From NCBI GenBank assembly GCA_037388505.1, contig JARRKC010000020.1, forward strand, positions 12,204-76,203: a stretch of DNA of 64,000 nucleotides. The letters are read 5' to 3'. The position numbers were made by a program, and so were the translations under genes. Numbering within the stretch: position 1 is the first letter of the stretch; each line of letters begins with the position of its first letter. A model generated the notes under the pieces. It did no database searches. It saw nothing but the letters and a program-made list of their open reading frames with translations, and had not been told where the DNA came from. This stretch comes from Acidobacteriota bacterium (lineage in GTDB: Bacteria; Acidobacteriota; UBA6911; RPQK01; JAPXNP01). This document shows, piece by piece, positions 1 to 8,702 of the stretch.

Positions 1-855
1 GACGGGGACGGAGACAATGAAGTTCTGTTCAACTACCGTACGGCCGCCGGACCGCCCGGTCCCGGAATCCTGTTCTGCTTGGACTCCGACGGGAAACTGC
101 TTTGGAAGCGCCCACTGGCCCGTGCTCTGAGTTACGGCGGAAGGGACTTCGACGACAACTACTCGGGGCACTTCGTGCGCCTGGTCAAAGGCCGTTCTCG
201 TCTCTACATCCTGACCGTCGCTCTGCATCGATACTGGTATCCCTGCCAGGTGGCTCTCCTCGATCCGGCAACCGGCGATCTCATCGAGGAATACTGGCAT
301 CCGGGCGGGATTTCGCAATGCCTGCTCCACGATTTGGACGGTGACGGAATCGACGAGGTCGTCCTGGCCGGCATCAACAATCCCGGCGACGGACTCGGGC
401 ACGCCTGCCTCCTGGCCCTGAAGATCCCTTTCTCCCAGGTCCCGCCGAAAACGGACTCCCCCTTTGCTGCGTTCACCGGCGGCCGAGAGTACCGCTACGT
501 CCTGTTCCCGCGGCCCGATGTCACCTTTCTGAACGGGACACTGCTGCTGATCGACAAGCTTGAATTGGACGGTCCGGACCGATTTCTGGTCCGGGTCCGC
601 CTGTCGCCGGACCTAGGGCGCTACCTCTTCTACTTTCTCGATCCGGCCTTTCGGATCGAGGAATTCCGGATTTCCGACGACGTCATCTCGCTGCACGACC
701 GAATGTACCTCGAGGGGTTGCTGGACCACCGGTGGTCGGACACGGAGAAAGCCTGCCTTGCACGCCTGGCCGTTTTCGACACTGCACCGGATGGAAACGA
801 TCCCGACGTCGGTTCTCTGTGGGACGGGTGCGAGTTTGCACTGAGACGACCTTAG
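1..855 (+). CDS. FG-GAP/VCBS-like repeat protein, 5' end outside window
   Basis: The frame is open from nt 1 (DGDGDNEVLF...). A second DLDGDGIDEVVLAGINNPGDG motif is typical of FG-GAP calcium-binding repeats. It is tightly followed by same-strand secreted-protein genes. Confidence 0.6.
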   Translation, partial: DGDGDNEVLFNYRTAAGPPGPGILFCLDSDGKLLWKRPLARALSYGGRDFDDNYSGHFVRLVKGRSRLYILTVALHRYWYPCQVALLDPATGDLIEEYWHPGGISQCLLHDLDGDGIDEVVLAGINNPGDGLGHACLLALKIPFSQVPPKTDSPFAAFTGGREYRYVLFPRPDVTFLNGTLLLIDKLELDGPDRFLVRVRLSPDLGRYLFYFLDPAFRIEEFRISDDVISLHDRMYLEGLLDHRWSDTEKACLARLAVFDTAPDGNDPDVGSLWDGCEFALRRP

Positions 856-890
856 TCGGCCACGCAGAATGACGACACGGGCGTCCTGTC

Positions 891-1835
891 GTGGTTTGGC
901 GCTTGCCTTGTCGGGTCCGGCGATCAAGGCTGGGCCGTGTGGAGAGCTGGAATAGAATTCGCCGGCCCGGTCCTGGACCTGCAACCCGGCCGAGGCAAAC
1001 GGCGTGGAGAACCCTCCTGCTATGGACTGCACTTCCCGTCGTCTGCACGGCATTCCTGGTGCCGCCGGGGCCCTCGATCACTCTTCGCCCGCTTCCCGGC
1101 GCCAACGACGGGAACGATACGGGAGGGACCGAGTCCGGTAAGGATGCGTACACGTACGGAATCGACCCGGATGCCAACTACGGCGACGAGACTCTCCTGA
1201 TCGGCCAGGCCAAGAGCGACTGCAATCATGCAGACGGTATCGCATATCTTCAGTTCGATCTGACGGGACTGCCGAGGAAAGTGCACAAGGCACTTCTGGG
1301 CCTAACCCATCTTCCTCACGCCGATCACTGCTACTCCAACTGTTCGATCCAGGTTTTCTTCTATCGGGTTGATGAACCGTGGGATGAGATGCACATCACC
1401 TACAACCGAGCGCCCAGGCTCGGCCCACCCGTTTTCGGCCCGCTTCGCATCGCCTTTCCGAACGACCGAGGGACGGTGGAATACGACATCACGGGGATCT
1501 ACGAAGCGTGGCAGGCGAATGAGATCCCCAACTACGGACTGGCGTTTTGTTCCCCGACCGTCGGCTGCAATAATTCCGCCGTTTTTTTCGGCTTCTACTC
1601 ATCCGACTATCCGGACCCATTGAAGCGACCCTATCTGAGAGTCCTCACGGGCGGCGACCCAGACGACCCAAGTGTTCAGCTGACCCGTCCCAGACTCTCA
1701 AACTCGAAAGGAGCTCAACCTCATGATTCGTCCCAAAAGGACCACGCGACTGATCTTCTGGCTGCCTCTGCTGGCTCTGGCCGTCCTGCCGCTGCTGCTG
1801 ATCGGCGGTCGCTCCCCCCGGGAGATACCCCGTAG
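891..1835 (+). CDS. DNRLRE-domain secreted protein (start uncertain)
   Basis: Hydrophobic signal-like segment LLLWTALPVVCTAFLV. The core (AYLQFDLTGLP...VFFYRVDEPWDEMHITYNRAP...YDITGIYEAWQANEIPNYGLAF) matches the DNRLRE-type domain pattern. The last roughly 60 aa are low-complexity and overlap the next gene by 113 nt. Confidence 0.55.
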   Translation: MVWRLPCRVRRSRLGRVESWNRIRRPGPGPATRPRQTAWRTLLLWTALPVVCTAFLVPPGPSITLRPLPGANDGNDTGGTESGKDAYTYGIDPDANYGDETLLIGQAKSDCNHADGIAYLQFDLTGLPRKVHKALLGLTHLPHADHCYSNCSIQVFFYRVDEPWDEMHITYNRAPRLGPPVFGPLRIAFPNDRGTVEYDITGIYEAWQANEIPNYGLAFCSPTVGCNNSAVFFGFYSSDYPDPLKRPYLRVLTGGDPDDPSVQLTRPRLSNSKGAQPHDSSQKDHATDLLAASAGSGRPAAAADRRSLPPGDTP

Positions 1836-3288
1836 GCTTTCAGGATTGCTCGAATCGGGAGGGCTTCAAGGCCTCTCCATCGAAAAGATCCAACATCTTC
1901 TCGAACAATCGGCCGCGGCGCTGCCGAACGTGACGAAACTGGAAACGCCGACCGGCTACACCTCAACGACGAGTGGTGGAAAGCTCCTGTTCGCACAAAT
2001 CGCCGATGGAGACATCCCAAGCCTGCATCGTTTCATGCAGACCACGGTCATCCTGCTCAACGACTCGGAATATGCGGCCGCTGGAACGCTCAACTTCTAC
2101 AACGACGACGGTGCACCCTTGACGCTGAAGATCGGGGGAAAGACTTCCTCGAGCTTCCCGGTCAGTCTCAAGGCAGGAGAGACGAAGCGGCTGGAAACCT
2201 CCGGGACCGGCGCTCTCAAAGTCGGATGGGCTTTTCTCAGAACCGACCAGCCTCTCACGGGTACGTCCAGTTTCTCGGTGCGGAACGCTGCCGGCCAGGT
2301 CTTCACCGACGTAGGGGTCTCCGAAGCGATGCTCAGCCGCGAATTCACGCTCTTCGCGGACTCCATCGGGCAGGAGGCCGACACGGGGGTCGCACTGATC
2401 AATCCCGATGACGCAGCTCTGGATGTCCAGGTCGAGCTGATCAACTCCTCGGGTGCGACGGTTCGCACCAAGGCTCTTCATCTCTCCGCCAGCGGGCATC
2501 TTGCCCGGAACCTCACCGAACTGTTCAACGACGTCAGCGGCATTCAGGAGTTCGAGGGAACACTCCGGGTGACTGCTGACCGAGACTTCGGGGGAACCAC
2601 GCTTCGTTCGGTAGGGAGTCTCCTGACCTCGGTCCCGATGGTTCCGGCTCCCGAGGACGTGCTCCTACGCGATCAGCTCTATTTTCCCCACGTTGCCGAC
2701 GGGACGAGCTCCGGACTCACCATCCGCACCAGTGTTCTGTTGTTCAATAACCGGGACCAGAGCGTCAGCGGCACTCTCGAATTCGTGGACTCCGATGGTG
2801 ACCCTTTGACGCTGAAGATCGGCAACCGGCGAGCCAGCTCTTTCGACTACACCCTGGCTCCCCGAGCGGTGAAGCGGATCGTAACGAGCGGAGAGGGCGG
2901 AGTGAAGGGCGGTTGGGCCCACTTCACCGCGGATGGTCATATCGCGGGCACGGCCATCTTTCAGATCCTCGACTCGGCGGGCGTGCCCGTCAACGAGGTG
3001 GGCGTCAGCGACGCCTCCGAGATGCCGATCGCGAACTTCGTCGCCGATACCCTGGGGAATGCGAGAACGGGTTACGCGATTGCGAATCCCGGGTCGGAGG
3101 ACAACGATGTCGAGTTCAGCCTCTACGACAAGAACGGAACGCTCAAAGCTGAGAAGACCGTCACTCTCGGTGCCGGCGCACACATTTCCCAGTTCGTCGA
3201 CGAACTCTTCAAGGGAGTCAGCGGCATCGGAGAGTTTGAAGGAAGGGTTGAGTCCAGGGCGACTCGAGTGTCCTGGTCCTTACATTGA
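1723..3288 (+). CDS. secreted repeat protein, N-terminal part (A-B-A-B beta-sandwich-like modules), interrupted by a frameshift
   Basis: AAGGAG Shine-Dalgarno upstream of the ATG and a signal peptide (LIFWLPLLALAVLPLLLIGG). Two internal copies each of module A (TLNFYNDDGAPLTLKIGGK... / TLEFVDSDGDPLTLKIGNR...) and module B (VQVELINSSGATV...EFEGTLRV / VEFSLYDKNGTL...EFEGRVE). Confidence 0.7.
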   Translation: MIRPKRTTRLIFWLPLLALAVLPLLLIGGRSPREIPRRLSGLLESGGLQGLSIEKIQHLLEQSAAALPNVTKLETPTGYTSTTSGGKLLFAQIADGDIPSLHRFMQTTVILLNDSEYAAAGTLNFYNDDGAPLTLKIGGKTSSSFPVSLKAGETKRLETSGTGALKVGWAFLRTDQPLTGTSSFSVRNAAGQVFTDVGVSEAMLSREFTLFADSIGQEADTGVALINPDDAALDVQVELINSSGATVRTKALHLSASGHLARNLTELFNDVSGIQEFEGTLRVTADRDFGGTTLRSVGSLLTSVPMVPAPEDVLLRDQLYFPHVADGTSSGLTIRTSVLLFNNRDQSVSGTLEFVDSDGDPLTLKIGNRRASSFDYTLAPRAVKRIVTSGEGGVKGGWAHFTADGHIAGTAIFQILDSAGVPVNEVGVSDASEMPIANFVADTLGNARTGYAIANPGSEDNDVEFSLYDKNGTLKAEKTVTLGAGAHISQFVDELFKGVSGIGEFEGRVESRATRVSWSLH

Positions 3289-4688
3289 AGCAGGTGGGGA
3301 CCCTGACCACGTCCTTGCCCACCCTGACTCCGGTTCACGGGTTCTCCCCGACTTCGGTTCTTCAGTTCGCGCAGAATTTGTCGGGTACCGAGCCGCTCAC
3401 CAGATGGCAGCTGCAGCAGTCGGGCTCGGATCTGGCTCTGGATGAGCTGGAGATCTCCTGCCCGAACTGCGGATTCGATGCCGGCAATCTGGCTCCCAGG
3501 AGCGAGATTGGCTACGGGTTCTATCGAATCTCCTACGGCTCGCTGACGCTTGGAGGGGGAATCGTCAGAATGGTACTGACGGGTCCGGGAACCGACACCT
3601 TCGACCTCGTCGGCGCCGGAACGCTCGTGGATCCCGGCAGTACCATCGCTTCGGGTACCCTCAGCGGCAACGCGAACGGAGGATTTAAACTCAAGCTCGG
3701 GCCGAACGTGTTGAAGCCCATGACCTGGAATCAGGCCATCGGTCTGGATTTCGATCTGGTGCTGCGGGATGGAATGATCAAATCGCCCAAGTCCCCCGGG
3801 CAGGTCACGATCACGACGCGCTACTACTCGGCGTCCTGCAAGGAGAAGGAACTCGACGCTCGGATTCTCCACCAGACTGCGCAGCCGCAGAGCTTCGTCG
3901 GCGTCCCGAGTGGGACACCGCGGCTGACCGCGACCACGCCGCCGCTGCTGCTCCCCGGAGAGAGGCTCTGGCTGGCCGGTTCCTCGTTTCCGGCCGAACC
4001 GACCGTGCTTTTCGAGTCATACGATGGCGACACGATCGAAGTCCCGGCGAGCCTGGAGAGTGGATCTGTCATCTGCAGCGTGCCGCCAGGTGCACGGACC
4101 GGTTCGATCCAAGTTGGCGGAGGGGCACAGCTCAGCAACCCTCTCTGGATCGGGAGCGCCTTTTCACCCTTCCTGACAGTGCAGCGCACGGGAGCGGCCG
4201 GAGCGGCCCAGTTTGGATTGTCGTTCCAATTCGAAAAGGCGGAGATGCAGCTGGCGATCCAGCAATGGAAGGCGACGCTTCTGAACGTAGACGTCAGTTT
4301 CGCCGGTCTGAGTCGAGGCAGCAAGGTCGGAGAGTGGAGCACCACCGGAGACGCCAGCCAGAGCTTCGATGTTCTGGTGGACGCGGTCTCAGCGAGCAAA
4401 CTGCAGCTGGTCGTCGGAGACGACGCCGACGACCCCGACGGCACCATCACCATCGAGAGTCTGGCCAACGGCAACGTGGCGTTCACTTATGCGAGGTCCG
4501 ACAGCGGGGCACTGCCGCAAATCCAGGCCGCCCCGACCGAGATTCTGCTGACTCTGGACGGAATCCACTTTTCTCAGACATCCGCCACCGCTCTTCCGCT
4601 GTATCAGGCATCAGCCGTGTCGGTGGCCGCGCTGCCGGCCGGAGAGGGAACCGAAATCATCGCGGATCAGGGAGTGACCGTATTCTGA
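3252..4688 (+). CDS. continuation of the previous gene in the -1 frame (module B tail, a further FAQ-type module, IPT/TIG-like domain)
   Basis: The frame opening at 3252 reads VQGDSSVLVLTLKQVGTLTTSLPTLTP. This aligns residue for residue with RVTADRDFGGTTLRSVGSLLTSVPMVP at the end of the first B module. The following LQFAQNLSG matches the LLFAQIADG / LYFPHVADG module starts. An IPT/TIG-like segment (LLLPGERLWLAGSSF...GSIQVGG) lies around 3915-4150. Confidence 0.6.
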   Translation, partial: VQGDSSVLVLTLKQVGTLTTSLPTLTPVHGFSPTSVLQFAQNLSGTEPLTRWQLQQSGSDLALDELEISCPNCGFDAGNLAPRSEIGYGFYRISYGSLTLGGGIVRMVLTGPGTDTFDLVGAGTLVDPGSTIASGTLSGNANGGFKLKLGPNVLKPMTWNQAIGLDFDLVLRDGMIKSPKSPGQVTITTRYYSASCKEKELDARILHQTAQPQSFVGVPSGTPRLTATTPPLLLPGERLWLAGSSFPAEPTVLFESYDGDTIEVPASLESGSVICSVPPGARTGSIQVGGGAQLSNPLWIGSAFSPFLTVQRTGAAGAAQFGLSFQFEKAEMQLAIQQWKATLLNVDVSFAGLSRGSKVGEWSTTGDASQSFDVLVDAVSASKLQLVVGDDADDPDGTITIESLANGNVAFTYARSDSGALPQIQAAPTEILLTLDGIHFSQTSATALPLYQASAVSVAALPAGEGTEIIADQGVTVF

Positions 4689-4718
4689 TCGGCTCATCGA
4701 ATGCGAGGGAGTAGACAC

Positions 4719-5657
4719 ATGTTCAAAAATCATCCGATACACACAACACGGGCACTCGGGTCGATGGCGACTCTACTGGTTCTGGGCCTCACAGCAGGTT
4801 GGCTCTACTTCGCCAATCTGGGATGCATCGCCGAGCAACTGGTCGACGGCGGTGAGATCGTTCTTTCGCCCGGGCGCATCGAGCTGAAGCCGAACACGAC
4901 CCAGACATCCAACGCGACTGTGACCTGGGACAACGGCGGGCTCTATGCCAACTGGAGCGTTGACGGTACAGGCATCAAGGGGGTGACTTCGGCCACGATC
5001 GATCCCCCCAAAGGCTACGGCGCGACGATTTCGGTGACCACAGGAGACTATGACTCCCTTTACGGTCAGCCGGCCTATAGTATGGTCGGTCATCCGGAGC
5101 AGGATCTGCCGGTCACGGCAAAATTCGCGCAGCCCTTTCTTTCGGCGGTGGCCCACAACGACATTCCCGTCACCAGAAAGAAGTGGCTGAGTCTTGCCAT
5201 ACCGGATCCTGAGCTGGAACTGACGATACCTGCCTTCGCGCCCATCGTCCACGCGGAGTCGGGCCTGCTGAGCGGACTGAGCTCGGTCCGAGCGATCGTC
5301 GTCGGGGCCAAGGCGGAGATCAAGAACGCACCCAGCGACTGGCGCTACGAATTCAAGTTCTCGCTGTCCGTCGTTGCGCGCCACGAAGCACGAGGAGATT
5401 CCACGACCGTCTTTCTTCGCCCTGACGACATGCCCACTCAGACGGATGCCCGAGGACAATCGGCCACCGTCAAGTTCAATGATTTGAATCTTGGTATGAA
5501 TGACTATTTTGACCATACCGACTGGGGGCTCAATGCCGACTTCGGCTGGTACTACTTCGCCCTGGGCGTTGAAGTGAATCAAACCAATGGAGGAAACGGC
5601 CACTATTGGCACCAGGAGAACTTCAGGTATCCCTTCTTCATCGGAAGTCTGGACTGA
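4719..5657 (+). CDS. hypothetical protein with N-terminal hydrophobic anchor or signal
   Basis: GAGGGAG Shine-Dalgarno 7 nt before the ATG at 4719 (an alternative ATG is at 4701). Hydrophobic MATLLVLGLTAGWLYF. I recognise no family. Confidence 0.5.
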   Translation: MFKNHPIHTTRALGSMATLLVLGLTAGWLYFANLGCIAEQLVDGGEIVLSPGRIELKPNTTQTSNATVTWDNGGLYANWSVDGTGIKGVTSATIDPPKGYGATISVTTGDYDSLYGQPAYSMVGHPEQDLPVTAKFAQPFLSAVAHNDIPVTRKKWLSLAIPDPELELTIPAFAPIVHAESGLLSGLSSVRAIVVGAKAEIKNAPSDWRYEFKFSLSVVARHEARGDSTTVFLRPDDMPTQTDARGQSATVKFNDLNLGMNDYFDHTDWGLNADFGWYYFALGVEVNQTNGGNGHYWHQENFRYPFFIGSLD

Positions 5658-5892
5658 AGCAGATCAGTCCATCATAGGTGACACGCACGCAACTCGATCG
5701 TAAGTACCTACGAATAAAGACTTCCGGTTCGAGTCTGGCACCTATCGCCTGGGACGCGCTAGACCAAGGCCAGGGACAACCGGCTCGCGTGGGGCACGGG
5801 ACCTTGGCAGCGTCGGGACTGTCAGGGAACTGCAGCACCGTATCGTGCCCTTGGGCGCGGCGCTGATCGTTGTCTGGGCCGATCGGACCTCG

Positions 5893-6648
5893 TCACATGC
5901 CGGGGTGGAGCTTGTTCGGGTCGAAAGCGACGGTGGCTCTCTCGCAGGAACACTGCAAGGCGTCCCCGGCAAACGACGTATAGGGTTCACCCTTGCACGT
6001 TCCGTCCAGAATGTTCTGGACGCAGGTGGTCAACTCCGTGAGAAAGGGAGGGTCCAGAGGCGTGCGATGTCCCGGGAATATGGTGTCGAATTCCCCGGCC
6101 CGCGCCTCGAGTCTCTGCAGGGACTGCAGATAAACATCAAGGGGCAGGCTGACATCGAGGAAGAGCCAGACCGGGATGTTGCTGGTGTCTCCGGCGAACA
6201 GCAGCTTGTTGCCGGCGTCCAGCAGGCAAATGCTCCCCGGTGTATGTCCCGGCGTTTCGATCACTTCGAGTGATCTTCCGCCCAAGTCGATCCGGGCGCC
6301 GGCCTCGATCGGATCGAGAACGGTGGAATCGAAGTCCAGACCGTCCTGCAGGACGAGCGGTTTGTCCGTCAGCGATTGAACGAATGCGGCGAGGTCGCAG
6401 ATCCCGAGTCCGGTGTCGATCAGGAGCGCCTGATCGGTCCCCTCGACCAGGTACATGTTGTCGCCCCCATGGTCGTCGATTCGCCAGACCCCGTCGGCCA
6501 CCGATTCCGCGGTGAACCAGCTCACCTCGGCCGGCCCGTTGTCCACCGCCTGCTGTCCAGCCTGGCTTTCCGGCTGATTCGCGCATCCGGACAGTGAACA
6601 GATCAGCACCGCTAGGATCACGCTCAACCCCATCCTCTTAGTCGGCAT
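5893..6648 (-). CDS. metallo-beta-lactamase-fold lipoprotein lacking the HxHxDH motif
   Basis: Lipobox LICSLSGC. MBL-fold blocks are present: MYLVEGTDQALLIDTGLG, LEVIETPGHTPGSICLL, LLFAGD, FPGH. Confidence 0.75.
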   Translation of the reverse strand: MPTKRMGLSVILAVLICSLSGCANQPESQAGQQAVDNGPAEVSWFTAESVADGVWRIDDHGGDNMYLVEGTDQALLIDTGLGICDLAAFVQSLTDKPLVLQDGLDFDSTVLDPIEAGARIDLGGRSLEVIETPGHTPGSICLLDAGNKLLFAGDTSNIPVWLFLDVSLPLDVYLQSLQRLEARAGEFDTIFPGHRTPLDPPFLTELTTCVQNILDGTCKGEPYTSFAGDALQCSCERATVAFDPNKLHPGM

Positions 6649-7073
6649 CGATCACCTCCGCGAAAGACAATGCAGCGCCTCGCACTTCACACGTTCATCG
6701 ATCTGCTGGAGCACTCTAAGTTGTCAAGAATGGAGAGTCAACGAGGAGAGATCTCGGGATCCCAGGAATCGACTCGCGTCTTCAGCGCTCCAGTCCCAAC
6801 CGTTGATCTCAAAACCGTGGGTTTCACCCACGGCTCTCGGATGAAACGACGCCGTTGGCGTCTTCGGGATCTGCACGAACACCATACTTTCATCTCGGGG
6901 CGAGAAGACGAGCAGTCGGAGGTGAGGTCTCACGCCCGGCCGGAAGCACCCTCAGAGGCACCGACTCAAAGAAATCCTTTGCGCCCGTGGCGTGGGATCG
7001 GTTCTACAGGTTTCGACGCCCGGACGGTCAGATCGAGTCCTGATCCAAAAGGTTTTCGGCAACACGTCTGTAA

Positions 7074-7108
7074 CTCGGAACCCGAAACTCGGAGTTCGGA
7101 ACGGAAGA
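7074..7108. repeat. tandem heptamer repeat (ctcggaa cccgaaa ctcggag ttcggaa cggaaga)
   Basis: Five consecutive 7-nt units read directly from the sequence. They end 1 nt before the stop codon of the minus-strand aldo/keto reductase gene. Confidence 0.6.
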
Positions 7109-7109
7109 G

Positions 7110-8105
<996 letters not shown>

Positions 8106-8584
8106 CTAGCAGATTGCGACGAACGAAGAGAATGCGGAAGCCAATGGGCGGGCAAACCTGCCGAAACATCAGAACCCGAACGAAGTGACGGGTCCGTCCG
8201 GGTGCCCCGGAGCGGCCAATTGGATATGAGGGCGAAACCGTGAAGATACCGAAGACCTCGGCGCAGCCGCCTTCGACTGCGGCAACTCGCAGCCGCTACC
8301 GGTTCAACGCGGGAGAAGATGCAACCCGGGCCGTTCGTGATCGGTGACGGCTGGCTCGCGGACGGGACCCTTCGGCTACCCGGGGCAACGCGGGAGGATC
8401 GGAGCCACGCCACACACAGCGGAAGCTCCGTTCCTCCGCTTCCGCAGTCCATGGAAAGGTGTCCCGCAAAGGTTCGAGGCTGTGTCTCTCGTGGGGGATC
8501 GTTGCTCGATCGCAGGGGGCGCGGGAGCTTCCCGGGTCTCGCCGGCCATCTCCGGTGCCGCCCCGAGGCCTGCGGATTCGCTCC

Positions 8585-8612
8585 TTGTCCTTGTGCGGAA
8601 CGCCCACATAAT
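8585..8612 (+). promoter_or_regulatory. candidate sigma70-type promoter (TTGTCC-N16-CATAAT)
   Basis: The only AT-rich patch in the 600-bp divergent intergenic region, about 90 nt upstream of the 8703 start codon. Confidence 0.3.
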
Positions 8613-8702
8613 GTAAAGTAGCAAACAGATATTATCCCTCCTATCAATAAGAAAGCTGCGAGGCGAAGTTTCGCGGTTTTCCTCAAACAAAGGAGTCCGT
8701 GG

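Noticed and set aside
5673-5750. tRNA or tRNA remnant: a GGTTCGAGTC T-loop-like motif with a 6/7-bp acceptor pairing at a 75-nt distance
   Set aside because: There is no D-arm (no GG, no U8/A14), no 5-7-5 anticodon arm, the T stem pairs only 4/5, and the 3' end is CCT rather than CCA. At most it is a decayed fragment, and I see no integrase or att partner.
6649-7073. ncRNA or small gene in the 460-bp gap between the MBL and AKR genes. A hairpin ccgtggg-tttca-cccacgg is followed by TTTT on the minus strand at about 6812-6838. There is also a T-loop-like gatcgagtcc at about 7030
   Set aside because: The hairpin is a plausible minus-strand terminator, but I could not match the upstream 270 nt to any RNA family (tRNA, tmRNA, SRP, RNase P, 6S) by eye. 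The track ORFs here (6670..7296, 6724..6933) look non-coding.
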